This document shows positions 34,598 through 45,679 of a DNA stretch of 64,000 nt, in pieces. The first letter of the stretch is position 1; each line of letters starts with the position of its first letter. A model generated the notes under the pieces. The model saw nothing but the letters and a program-made list of their open reading frames with translations, had not been told where the DNA came from and made no database searches. Source of the DNA: Emiliania huxleyi CCMP1516 (taxonomy: Eukaryota). The stretch is taken from assembly GCF_000372725.1 (NCBI RefSeq), contig NW_005201144.1, forward strand, positions 124,001 through 188,000, in the 5' to 3' direction. Both the position numbers and the translations under genes were made by a program.

Positions 34598-37152
34598 TCA
34601 AAGGACCCGGACCGTCCCCCGCGCGAACGGCTCCCCCTCTCCGATTGGCGCAAAAGTTCTGCCGAGCCGCAGCTCGACGCGGACGACCCGCTCGCCCTCT
34701 GCGAGCGCTGCCCGGGCCACCGGCTTGGCAAAACAAGCGCAAAAGCAATGGCGGCCAATCCAGCGCCAATCCGGCGCGCCACCGGCGCGAATGCGTCGCC
34801 TCTCGAGCTCCTCGTGCGCCGTCGGCAGCACCAGCGCGTCGAGCGCCGCGTACTCGAGCTGCTGCGCCTGCAGAGGCGGGAGGGGAAAGCGACGCGTTGG
34901 CGCGCGCCGGGGAGGCATACGCACCGCGCACGGCGAGGGTTACCGCTAGCGGCCTCCTGCCCCAGTTGGAGAGGCAGCAACGCTTGTCCAACGGCGCCCC
35001 GAGCACCGTCGCGCAGAGCGCGGACAAACCTACGGGCAGCCGCACCGTTTGCACCGTGCGCTCCTCCCTCGGAAATGGAGGCGCGAGGGGGTGGGGACGC
35101 ACTTGAGACTGCTCCGGCGCCCCGCAATTTGCGCCACTCGTTGACCAGGTCGACGGACGGGGAGACGGCAGAGGCCGCGCAGCAGCAGCGGAGTGAACCG
35201 TGCGCGGAGCGGACCACCCTCAAGTCTGCGGCGAGACCAAACCCAACTTTGAGGAGGCGAGGAGAGGCAAAGAGAGCGCCTGAGAGAGGGGCGGAGCGGG
35301 AGTCTCGCAACGGGGGTAGGCCCCTTCTGCACCGAGGGCCGGTAGGGAGCACGGCGACTCACCGAGAGCGGCCTGCAAGTGGGCGGCGCTCCTACGGCGC
35401 AGCGCGGTGGGGTGGCACGTGATTCAGGCACTGCCAGAACGCGCGCGGGTGGGGCGCTGCAGCGCACGAGGGCGTGGCGATGAGCGTCGGCAAGTCGAGC
35501 AGCCACGCCTCGCCGCGGCAGCCCAGCTGCAGCCACTGCACGCTCAGGCTGCCTCCGCCACAGCTCGAGCCGCCAACCCACTCGGCGTCGATCCCGAGGC
35601 GAGCGAGGCCGTGGCCGGCGAGGATGATGGCGAGCATCTTTGCCAACCCCTCCTCGCCGTCCACCACGTGCACCCGCGACGCCGCCAGCCGAAGGGCGGC
35701 GGGGGCGGGGGCGGCAGCATCGGCGGCGGGGGCGGGGGCGGCGGCATCGGCGGCGGCGGGCGGCTTCGGCTTGCTCCCTCGAGCGGGCGGCCCGAGAGGC
35801 CATACCAAATCTTCTGCCCTCACCGCCTGCGCACGCGCGCGCTCCTATTCAGCGCGCCGTGACCAACGCGTCATGAGGCGGTGGCGCGAGCGCGTGGCGA
35901 GGAGCCCCGCTCCTCGGGGGTCGGAGGCTCGCCGAGCTCTTCCGCAACTTCGCGCTCGAGCCCGTGCCTATTTCCCTCAAAGACTGCGCCCCTCCGAGAA
36001 TGGGCCGCGAGCGGCCGCGGCCACCGGCGGGCGCGCCTCAGAGCGCACTGGACCGCGACCGGCCGTAAGCCACGCTTCGAGAGGCGCTCGGCAGCAGAGC
36101 GCAGCAGCGACCTCCACTGCTCGGCCGCTAGCTCCACCTAATGCGCGGCGAGGCGAGAGGCTGGGCGGGGGAGGGAGGGCGGCGAGGAGCGCGCGCGTCG
36201 CAAAGGGCGCCTCCCACAGCGCCCCCTCCTCCTCCTCGCCCTCCTCGCCGCTGCCCTCGCCGCTGCCCTCGCCGCCCTCACCGCCGCCGCCGCCGCCGCC
36301 GGCCGCGGCCGCGCCTCCTCCTCCCCCCCCGGCCTCGATCGCCTCCGCTGCTCGGGCAAAAAAGCTGTCCAGTTGGTCGGCGAGTCCCTCGCGCACGAGC
36401 CAGCCCAGCCGCGCGCGGTGGAGGCCGAGGGCGATGGCGGCAAGGAGAGGCTGCGGTGCGCTCCGCGTCAGGCGGAAGCGCGCCACATATCTCGCCGCGA
36501 GCCTCGGGTCGCCCTGCGCAGACAGCGCCTCGACGAGGCGGAGCTGCAGCCGCGGCGAAGGGGCGGCGAGCGAGAGGGCGGCGCCGAGGCCCGAGGAGGA
36601 GGAGGCGAGACGGTCGACGAGGGCGTCTGCGTCGACCAGGGCCTCGAGGTCGAACCTCACCACAAGCAGCGCCGCCTCCGCCTCCTCCCCGCTCGCAATC
36701 AGGCTCTGCGTGGCGGCGAGAGCGTCCGACTGGCCGAGGCCGGCTGGACCGGCGAACGCACCCCCGTCGACGGACGCCCACCTCGCAAACGCCGCGCACA
36801 GCTTGCGAAAGAGGCGCGGCTGCGCGACTGCCAGCGCGGCGGCGCGTGCGTGGAGAGCCGGAGCAGGCGGCGCCGAGAGCCGCGCCAGGCAGTCCAGCAG
36901 CATCCTGCAGCTGGCGGCGGCCTGGCCGCTCTTGCGGGCCAGCATTCCCGCCGCCAGCGCCTCGACGGCGGAGAGGAGCAGGCTGTGGGCGTCCGCCTCA
37001 TCGGCCAGGGCGGCGGTGAGCGCCTCGCCGACGGCCGGGTGAGACCGGCTAGGCACCGCCTCGAGACTGCGCAGGAGCGCGTCCGCGCTGCTCACGTCGA
37101 GCTGCGGCAGCGGCGCCGCCTGCGCGCGGTCGTGCTTCCGCCTCTTGGGCAT
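34598..37152 (-). CDS. DEDDy 3'-5' exonuclease, EXD3/Mut-7-like, multi-exon
   Basis: GIDAEW (ExoI), WLQLG..AWLLDL, KVGFG..ADL (ExoII), GLSALC..LDK..SNWGRRPL and QLEYAALDA (ExoIII), with a helical N-terminal region. Confidence 0.82.
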
Positions 37153-37209
37153 GGCTGCGAACTCGCACCGGCACTCACGAAAGAAGGGTGGGTCATCACA
37201 AACACGGTA

Positions 37210-37659
37210 CCGTCGGGTACTTATTTTAAGAGCAGGTAAACAGCAATAGATCCGGCCCTCAAGCGGCCTAATCGATACCCAGCCCTCACGGAATCGGTCC
37301 CTCGTTGTACAGCAATCGATCCTTCACACTGCCCGCGCTGCCAAACTTGCTGAGAATCGGTCCCCCCACCTGTGGCGCGAAGCTGATATGTCTCCCGCGC
37401 TCGGCGCGCCGACCGCGCAGCGGCGGCAGACCACCCTCCGGTTCGAGGGGCGCCTGGGGGTGAGCGGGCTGCCTCCGCCAGAGTTTGGCTCGCCCACCTG
37501 TGCGGGCCCCCCTGTACCCCCTCCCCCCCCCCGGCCCGGGTGTCTAGCAATTGGTCCCTTTTGGCAAGCGCGAATCGGTCCCCCTGGCTCCAGGAACTGA
37601 TCCGGCACTACACCCGGATCTATTGCTGTTTACCTGCTCTTAAAATAAGTACCCGACGG
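37210..37659. mobile_element. 450-bp MITE (Tc1/mariner/pogo-like) with perfect 46-bp TIRs and TA TSD
   Basis: TIRs at 37210-37255 and 37614-37659 begin CCGTCGGG; TA on both flanks. Confidence 0.92.
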
Positions 37660-37864
37660 TACAGGATCGAGGTGCACGCCGCCGAGGCAGTGTCGTCCCC
37701 CCGTGCACCCGCACACCCGGCACTCATCACAACCCAGGGGGGCACTGGAAAGAAGAATTTACTACCGCGCAATCCGAAAGGTGGCAGAGACTCCCTCCCC
37801 TGTCTGTTTTCTTTCTTTCTTTCTTTCTGTGGCAGAGACTGCCTGAAGCTGGAGGCAGGTCGCT

Positions 37865-38098
37865 AGACTGAGATGAGACCGCCAGTGGAGTTGGGAGTCC
37901 CCACCGTCGTGCACCGCGCTGCGAGCCTGTCTGTCTTGTCGTGCGTGTCCCTTGTCAGGAGCAGGAGAGGAGGAGAGCCCCACCTGTGCCCCTGTGATCG
38001 TCCTTCCAAAATCCTGCTCGTGCAGGTGGGGTCTGGGGACGACCCTGTCCTCTTCCCCCATCCCTCGTTTGGTTGTCTGTTTTCTTTCTTTCTTTCTT
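37865..38098 (+). mobile_element. Retroelement 3' UTR fragment with (TTTC)n tail
   Basis: Homologous to the reverse complement of ~8940-9260 (CTTGTCAGGAGCAGGAGA..ATCCTGCT.GTGCAGGTGGGG..CCCTCGTTTGG). Confidence 0.65.
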
Positions 38099-38558
38099 CA
38101 GGTGGCACGCCCCCGCAGGACCAGGAGATGCCCGCGGGCGAGAATGACAGAAGGTCAAGGTGTGTCCGGACTCCGGCGGCCGCGGCCGAGCGGATATCCG
38201 GTGCGTCAAAGAAAGAGAAATACAACTTCTCGAAGTGCTCCCAAACAGACAACCCAAGGGAGGGGTGGGAGCGTCAGGAGCTCTCCTCTGGCATCCTTCT
38301 CGAGGCATCCTTCTTTCATCGTCGTTCGTTCGTGCGAGGAGAGGCGAGGTGCTGCACGCACGAGCTCCAGCGCGAGGCCGTGCGCTCTAGTGCTGGTGCG
38401 CGTCGTTGCCGTCCCTAGTAGGTCCGGCCGGGAAGCGGCCTGACGATTGGGCCATCGGGCCGCGCTCCGAAGGCGTCGAACGGCGGCGGCTTGTCGTGAG
38501 GGGAGTACTCCACCGAGTTGAGCGCGATGATGCGGCCCCACTTGTCGCGCCTGCCAAC

Positions 38559-39170
38559 TCAAGAGGGGGGCGTCAATTGGGAAGGGAGGGGAGAAGGCAA
38601 CATCGCAGGCCAACGCCCAGCTAGCCTGTAGGAAACGGGCTCGATTGCACACTCTGCCAAAGCTGCCTTGACCGACGCCTCGGGCACGCCCCGCTCTGCG
38701 AGGAGGTCGATGCGCTCCTGCACAGTGGCAATATTCTTGAGGAGCACCAGCTCCTCGTCCGCGAAGACAGCCATCGCCGCCGCCTTCTCCTCCGCCGCCT
38801 TCTCCTCCGCCGCCGCCTTGGCAGCGGCAGCCTTCTCCGCCTTCGCCTTCGCCTCTGCCTCCTTCTTTGCCTTCTCGGCCTCCGCAGCCGCCGCAGCCGC
38901 TTCCGCATCTTCGCCCTCCTCCTCTTTATCCGCGAGCTTCTCTTTTGTGGCTGTGGCTGCCTTCGCGGCGGCTGCCTTTGCCGCCGCCGCCGCCGCCTTG
39001 GCGACCGCCTCTGGGTCGTCAGCCATGACAACGGCAGACCGACTGCTGCGTTCCAGAACCGAGACGCCGGCGAGCGGGATGCTGGCGCCACATCGCTTGC
39101 CGAGGCGAACCCGTCCCACTGGCGGCGCTGGGAGGAAGGCTGGCAGGCAGATCACGAGTACGGTCAGCAT
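38559..39170 (-). CDS. Ala/Lys/Glu-rich protein with signal/transit-like N-terminus
   Basis: Hydrophobic start, transit-like segment ending AVVMA and a short helical C-terminal domain. The 3' end is uncertain. Confidence 0.55.
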   Translation of the reverse strand: MLTVLVICLPAFLPAPPVGRVRLGKRCGASIPLAGVSVLERSSRSAVVMADDPEAVAKAAAAAAKAAAAKAATATKEKLADKEEEGEDAEAAAAAAEAEKAKKEAEAKAKAEKAAAAKAAAEEKAAEEKAAAMAVFADEELVLLKNIATVQERIDLLAERGVPEASVKAALAECAIEPVSYRLAGRWPAMLPSPLPSQLTPPS

Positions 39171-39283
39171 ATCTCGTCGCGGAGAGGTCTGGCGGCGGCG
39201 GTGCGCGTGAAGTGGCGGTGCGGTTCCGGCCGCGAAGTCACGCTCAGAATTTAAACAAAAGAAGTCTCTCTGGTGTTCATTAT

Positions 39284-39510
39284 AGCTCCGAGTAGAGGGG
39301 GCGGTCTGCTGCTAGGGGAAACCCGGAGCGCGGAGCCAACCCTCGGAGACCCGTGTTTACTTTACGGCCCTCTCCCTGCGAACGCGCACCCCCTGGGCTA
39401 GGGCTCTCTTGCCCGCAACCCGATGCCAATCATCCGGCCCGCTGGGTGCGCTTCTGAGCTCCCCGGCCCTGGATGTGCGGTTAATGACTGCACTCCAAGT
39501 GCTCCAAGTC
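39284..39510 (+). mobile_element. SINE-like family X, full-length copy
   Basis: Starts AGCTCCGAGTAGAGGGGGCG and ends in the tandem tail GCACTCCAAGT-GCTCCAAGT. Confidence 0.75.
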
Positions 39511-39519
39511 TCTCTCACA

Positions 39520-39915
39520 GCACACAGGCTCGACACAGGTGCGAACTGGCGCGTGCTAGTACTATCACCGGCACACCACCGGAGCCGCCTAAGCGACTCC
39601 GTTAAGAACGGCAATGCACTTAGCACCGTGCACAATGCCGCTGTCCCCGCACGCTAGCTCGTTCACCGTCTGCCACGCCACGGCGGTGTGGAGGACGACA
39701 GACAAGCGCTGCATCTGCAGCCCGTGCCAGTTCTTGGTGGTCCATGTGACCTCATCGAGGTGCTGAGCGTGCGAAAGTTTGTTACTCAGCTGGTCCGCCG
39801 CCTGCCGAAGAATTTTGCGGACGCCGTCCCCGAAGCCGCCGAACGTCTCGAAGTCGAGCAAACGCAGGTCGCAATTCTTCTCCCGCGCGAACCGGTAGTC
39901 GCCCTTCTCAGAAAA
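39520..39915 (-). mobile_element. 5'-truncated non-LTR retrotransposon, C-terminus of restriction-like endonuclease (CRE-like)
   Basis: DFETFGGFGDGVRKIL..QRLSVVLHTAVA resembles the ET.GG.G...LSV.L terminal RLE motif. It is followed by a GGAGTCGC-TTAG-GCGGCTCC hairpin. Confidence 0.65.
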
Positions 39916-39959
39916 CCACAAAGGATTTCACGGGAAGGAACAGGTGTCACTCACACACA

Positions 39960-40400
39960 GAAAGAAAGAATTTTACAACAAAGCTCCCTCGCACAACACT
40001 GGGCACGGGACTGGCTCGCACTGGCACTTACACAGGTACACCACGGGAGCCGCCTAAGCGACTCCTGCGAGAGTGGCGAGGCACTTAGCTCCGTGCACCC
40101 GCCCACCCCCGCCACAGGCAAGCTCATTCACAACCTGCTCTGCGATTGCCGTGTGAAGAACGACTGTGGACTGAGATACGCTGCTTCTGCAGCCCCAGCC
40201 AATTCTTAGTGGTCCAAGTCACCTCATCGAGGTACTGGGCCCGCGTCAGCTTGTTCTGTAGCACGTCCGCCGCCTTCCGGAGGATCTCGCGGACCCCCTT
40301 TCCGAACCCGCCGAACGATTCGAACAGCAGCAGCTGCACGTCAACGCCCTTGTCTTCCCTGGCGTAGCGATAGTCCCCGCCGTAGCCGGCACCAACTTGA
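39960..40400 (-). mobile_element. Second, diverged 5'-truncated RLE retrotransposon copy in tandem
   Basis: LLFESFGGFGKGVREIL..EVTWTTKNW..QRISV with a frameshift near the end, the same stop hairpin, and a TTTC tail. Confidence 0.65.
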
Positions 40401-41509
40401 TTCCCGGATCGGCGTCTCCCCCTCCCCCTATGTGCCGCCACCCCCCTCCAATCCGTAATTCCGTAAAATCGCGCGAAAAGCGCCCAAATCGAGCTGGAGA
40501 GCGCCCCCCAGCCGCATGGGAGCGTGCCCCAGCTAGCAGGAGGCACTTGGAGGCGTTAGACGTACTTTTGGAAGGACTTTCGGCGACGTCCGTTCCCTTG
40601 GACACGTCGACAAATGGCACCGACGCAGCTCAGCATTGTGCTGGAGCGCCTGCTCAACGAACTCGGAATAGCCAACCTCAGTATGTTCGAGCGAGGCTGT
40701 GCTCATGCACGATACAGGCGCGGTGCTCGACGCGGTCCGAAGCATCGCTGCAGCCGCAGAGGCTGGTGCGGCGGCTTATGCCAGCTCGGCCACGAGCAAT
40801 GTTGTTGTGTGCCGAAGCAGCACTGCTACCGCTGGCGCAATCTCCGTTCAGCACGAGGGCAGCATCTCCCGCACTCTCGTCAGCACAGACGCGCAAACCA
40901 CGCTAAAGGGCTCGGACATCCATGCAGCCGCGAGTAGTGCGACTGCTGAGATGCTGCTCCCCGGCAGGAGTTGGAAGAGAAGTTGCGGTCACAGACCAAG
41001 GAGCTCGCTTCTGAGCAGCGCTCTGCGAACGCTATGAAGAAGGCGCTAGCGCAGCGCAACATGTCCGAGAGTACAGTTGTAGCGCGCGGCCCTCAACCTC
41101 TGCTAATGACGTTGTCATCGTCAATTCGGTCGCGTTCTCCGGTGTGTGCTGACCGGCGTTCTGCTCGGTGGCTCCGCGCTTCCGCCATATTGCAGTTGCT
41201 GTCGGTGCCACGAGTGCGGATGTCGTTTGGCCGGGGTTGAGACACTTGGCCACGGCTGGCTCGACGACCGTCGCCACGTCTTTCCACTCGATGTTGCTGA
41301 CCGCCATGTGGTTTGAACGCTTTGCTACCCGGCCGCCGCGGGCACCTCGGCGCCGGCATCATATCCTCCGCGACATCAAGGAGATCCGCCATAAAGCAGC
41401 GCCCAGCAAGCCAGGGACAGATGACACAGGCGACTTGAGCGCGTATCACCCAAAACTATTCACTTTTGAGCGCCATATGCGCAGGAGGTGCGTATGTCAA
41501 CATACGCGC

Positions 41510-41865
41510 CTGCACGTGTGAGCGCTCATATTGACTAATATTCGCGTCTGCATGTGTGGGAGCGTATGCTGACCGCCAAGCACCCACGCCGACACCGCGA
41601 GTACTAGCTAAGATAGGCGCCACAAGCGTGGGCGCTCATCTCAAGATACGCAGCTACACGTGTAGGCGCGAGCCTTACTCAAGATAAGCGCCCAGACACG
41701 AAGACGCGTATCTGGGCTACCTGGACGCAGACGCGCATCCTCATGTGTGGGCGCTCATCTTAGTTAATACTCGCGTCCACACTTGCAGGTGCGTATATGG
41801 GCTCGGTGCACATGAGCACTTACACGTCAGGGCGCGAGCCTTAGCTAAGATACGCGCCTACACGT
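41510..41865. repeat. Degenerate motif array (GCGCTCAT, AAGATA.GCG, CACGTG), possibly a transposon subterminal region
   Basis: Recurrent short motifs in both orientations; non-coding. Confidence 0.4.
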
Positions 41866-41938
41866 CTCGGTGGTCATTTTTGACCCACTTTCTCCTGGAA
41901 ACCCCGGAAACCTCCCTTGAGCACCAAGTGTGGGTCAT

Positions 41939-43305
41939 ATGCAATGCTTTGCGAAGGCCGCCGGCGCCCACGAGAGCACGACCCGCGTACGGGTCGTCAT
42001 CCTCGCCGGCGCTGATGCTGCACAAAACATAAGCCAAGCGGCACAAAATGTCGGTCTGGAAGCAGTCTGGGCAACGACGGCGGCGCAGGCGCTGAAGCAT
42101 CTGCAATCGCGAGGTGGCGAGCCGTCGCTCGCGGCGGTCGTGTGCGCTCTCGGCACTGACGACGCCACGAGCGCGTGGCCCGTGCTCCGTTTCTGCAAGA
42201 AGGCCCTACCGCGTACGTTTGCAATCGTCCGCAGCCACACAGCGGCAGCTGACCCGCAGCTCCGACTGCAGTGCTTCGACGGCGGCGCCATGATGGTAAC
42301 AGCAGGCGACGCCGCGGTCGAGACGGCGCTCCGCACGGTGGCGCGAACCGTCCTGAGCGGCGGCGAACACCACTGCCCGGAGTGCGGCCTGTCTGATCTC
42401 ACTGGTGACGTGCTGCGTGAGCATCTGACCTTCCACCACGCGACGCATCCCAACGGCGCCTCGCCGACGAGCTGTCCGCTGTGCGCCACGCGGCTGCAAC
42501 GCTGCCCGCTCGCGGTCCACCTGATGCGCGAGTGCCCGGGATGCTCGCCTGCCGGACGCGAGCCGCCGCCGGCGCCGTACGCCGCCTTCGCATGGGTGGT
42601 GGCGCGACGGCGCTCCGACGGCGCTTTCCTTCTTGTCAACGAGCCCGCGGCCATTGCGGGCGGACGGTTCCCGACTTGGATGCCCACCGACCCCCCAGCG
42701 GACCCCACACCCGCCGTCGCGCCCACTCTCAACAGTCGCGGCGGACCAGAGATCATCCCACGTCCACCCGTGCCAACCCGCCTATCGCGCCCCTCTGCCA
42801 GGCCCAACCATTGGCTGCCCGCCCCTCTGCCAGGCCCAACTATTGGCTGCCCGCCGGTCGCGTCGACGCTGGCGAGTCGCTCGAGGACGCGGCAAGGCGC
42901 GAGAGCGAGGAGGAGGCGGGCGTGAATGTGCGTCCGACGGGCGTGGTGCGCTTCATGGTCGATGACGACGTGGCGCCGAGCGTGATGCGAGTCGTGCTCA
43001 CCGCCGAGGCCGACGAGGACGATCCGCTCCCAAAGTCGGTGCCGGACTGGGAGTCGGCGGGGGCGCTCTGGTGCGACCTACCGGGCCTCGCCGCTCTGCG
43101 CACGTCCGACTTCCGCAGCCCCGACCCGCTCGAGCTCTTCCCGCGCGTGGCGAGCCGTGCGCTCCCGCCGGCGTCGCTCGACACGCCCGCGTGGCGCGCG
43201 CTCGAAGCGCTGCTGCGCCGCCTGACGCGCGGCGACGCTGCCGCTCAGGAGGAGCTTCCGACGGTGTGGGCGGCGATCAAAGCGACCTATCCAGGGTTGG
43301 TGTGA
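41939..43305 (+). CDS. Receiver-like domain + Di19-type Zn finger + NUDIX hydrolase
   Basis: CPEC..LREHLTFHH..CPLC..VHL and the NUDIX box GRVDAGESLEDAARRESEEEAG. Intron at 42667-42833. Confidence 0.8.
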
Positions 43306-43561
43306 CCTGAACATCATGCGCCAAGCAAATGCCAAATCATTCGGTTCACATCAGACATGTGACATTAGCTTTACCGCGGTTTTCGGCCCGCCCTTTTCCG
43401 CGTCGAAAGAATCGACCGCATACTACCCGTATGCCGTATCGTATCCGCATTTGCGGGAACTTAGGAATTTAACAGGGGGGGGGGGAGTGTGCAGTTTGGG
43501 GAGCACATGGCAGCGGAAACTTTGTCTGCGGCCCCGAGCGTTCGCCCGGCCACCGTACAGG

Positions 43562-43710
43562 TCACGAGACCGCGGCGACGACCTGCGGCTGCGCAAACTG
43601 TGCGAGGTCCAGCACTTCGACGCGCGGCTCATCTCGCGCCTTCTGGAGCTCCTCCTCCGTGCAGTACCCCCAGGAGCACAGGTAGAAGCGCACGCCGTCC
43701 AGCCGAGCGT
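43562..43710 (-). pseudogene. Orphan C-terminal fragment of a HAD-like hydrolase gene
   Basis: LDGVRFYLCSWGYCTEEELQKARDEPRVEVLDLAQF resembles the WGY C-terminal motif of HAD hydrolases. No upstream exons; repeats abut it. Confidence 0.45.
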
Positions 43711-43750
43711 GACGGAGGGGTTTCTTTGCGTGCGCGCCAGTCCCGTGCCC

Positions 43751-43856
43751 AAAGAAAGAAAGAAAGAAAACAGACAACCCAAGGGAGGGATGGGAGGACG
43801 GCACGCCGCCACCACACAGGGATTTTAAGGAGAGGTGTGTGGTGCGCTAGCCGTCG
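43751..43856 (-). mobile_element. TTTC-family insertion nested in an RLE-element 3' UTR remnant
   Basis: Matches 8729-8838. GCCCA direct repeat on both flanks, and the flanks rejoin to GCCAGTCCCGTGCCCAGTG..TGTAAAATTCTTT as in 39965-40018 (-). Confidence 0.7.
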
Positions 43857-44026
43857 CCCAGTGTCGTGCGAATGCCACTTGTAAAATTCTTTGCGAGCGT
43901 CGGCCAGCGATCCTCGAAAAGTGCGACCTACGCCCCTACTCGCACAGCCTGCAGCCGGAGTCGGCTGGGACTATCCGGAGAGGCGTGCTGCACCCCTCGG
44001 TGCGGAGTTGCTCCAGGCTGGCGCCG

Positions 44027-45187
44027 ATGCGGAGTTCCCCTCCCCTCGAGCGCATCGTCGCCGTCTCGGACGTCCACACCGACCATGCATCCAACTTTGC
44101 GTGGTGCGAGGCCCTCGCCGCGAGCCCGTCCTGTTCCAGCTCCGTGCTCCTCCTCGCTGGCGACGTGTCCGAGAAGCTCGCCCGCTTTGAGGAGACGCTA
44201 GCGCTGCTGAGCAGCGCGTTCGGCGCCGTCTTCTTCGTGCCGGGCAACCACGACCTGTGGTGCCGCAAGGACGGCTCCGAGGGCGCGGACTCCGTCGCCA
44301 AGCTCGAGCGGCTCGAGCGCGTGTGCGAGTCGCTCGGCGTGCTGACGACGCCGCAGCGAGTCTCGGTGGGCGGCTCGCAGGTCGCCGTCGTGCCGCTCCT
44401 CTCCTTTTACCACGCCAGCTTTGACACGGAGCCCGACGTGACGCGACTGCGGCTGCCGTCCGCCCGCGCTAGCGTCAGCGACTACAAGGCCACGCGCTGG
44501 CCGGAGCCGCTGGAGTGCGGCGGCGAGCCGCTCGCGGAGTGGTTCGACGCGCTCAACGACGGCCGCGCCGGTCGCGCCGCCGCGCAGGCGGCGGGCCGCG
44601 CCGGCCTCACGCCGCTCGGCGAGGACTTTGCCGCCGAGGAGGCCGCCGCCGTCGTCTCCTTTTCCCACTTTGTGCCGCGGATCGAGCTCGTGCCGGAGAA
44701 GCGGTACCTCGTCTACCCGCCACTGATGCAGGCGGTGGGCTCGCGCCCGCTCGGCCGCCGCGTCGCCGCCCTCAGGCCGGACCTGCACGTGTTCGGGCAC
44801 ACGCACTTCGGGTGGGACGGCCGCGTCGACGGCGTGCGGTACGTGCAGGCGGCGCTGGCGACGCCGCGAGAGCGGGAGCGGCGCCCTCGCTCGCTGGCGG
44901 TGGGCGACGACTTTCGGCCAGACGGCCGCCTCGCGCCGCTCTGCGTCTTTGATGCGGCGGTGGGCGGCTTGCCGGCGCCGCGTCGCGCGGCTTGGTCCGA
45001 GCACTATTCGCGGGCGCCGCGGGCGCCGTCGGACACGCGCCCCGCGCCTTGGGTTGTCGACCACTGGCTGCGCCGGGCGCCGGCACGCGTGAGCAGCGCG
45101 GAGGGAGAGGAGGCCGCCGACGGCGTGGGCGACCGCGGGCCTTGGGGCGGATTGGTGGGGGCCAAGGGGCCGTCGCCGGCAGGGTGA
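44027..45187 (+). CDS. Calcineurin-like metallophosphoesterase
   Basis: SDVH, AGDV, VPGNHD, FSH and VFGHTH motifs. Confidence 0.88.
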   Translation: MRSSPPLERIVAVSDVHTDHASNFAWCEALAASPSCSSSVLLLAGDVSEKLARFEETLALLSSAFGAVFFVPGNHDLWCRKDGSEGADSVAKLERLERVCESLGVLTTPQRVSVGGSQVAVVPLLSFYHASFDTEPDVTRLRLPSARASVSDYKATRWPEPLECGGEPLAEWFDALNDGRAGRAAAQAAGRAGLTPLGEDFAAEEAAAVVSFSHFVPRIELVPEKRYLVYPPLMQAVGSRPLGRRVAALRPDLHVFGHTHFGWDGRVDGVRYVQAALATPRERERRPRSLAVGDDFRPDGRLAPLCVFDAAVGGLPAPRRAAWSEHYSRAPRAPSDTRPAPWVVDHWLRRAPARVSSAEGEEAADGVGDRGPWGGLVGAKGPSPAG

Positions 45188-45324
45188 GGGTTGGGTGTTG
45201 CCGGTGGTTTTGGCTCGCATACCCTCGACACATGAGGTGCAAGGTGGGTTAGGTGGCCTCGAGCCGTATCGCGAATGATGTTGGTTTCTTTTTTATTGCG
45301 CGCGTCTCAAGGACTGAGCCCTGG

Positions 45325-45612
45325 TCTGACAGCCTGACCCAACAGCAAACCCCGGGGGGCCGGGGACACAGCGGTCAGCGCCTGACAGTGCCCCCGTGCC
45401 CCGACAGCCTGACAGCGCTGACAGCACTGCCAGCACTTTCTCTGACAGTGGTCTGACAGCACGTATATCTCTGACAGCCTGACACGTGACAGCAGAGCCT
45501 GACAGGCGAGGCGACCCGTCGCTGTCAGGCCCTAACGTGACAGCCTGACAGCTGCCTGACAGCCCGACAGCACACAAGTGGCCTGACAGCCCAGCGCTGA
45601 CAGCCCGACAGC
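45325..45612. repeat. Cluster of about 15 (C)TGACAG motifs
   Basis: Irregularly spaced direct repeats. Confidence 0.8.
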
Positions 45613-45679
45613 AGCACAGACCGCACACAGACCCCGTAGAGCCTCTTTCTTGTGCCCCATGTGCCATGAGGGTATAATA

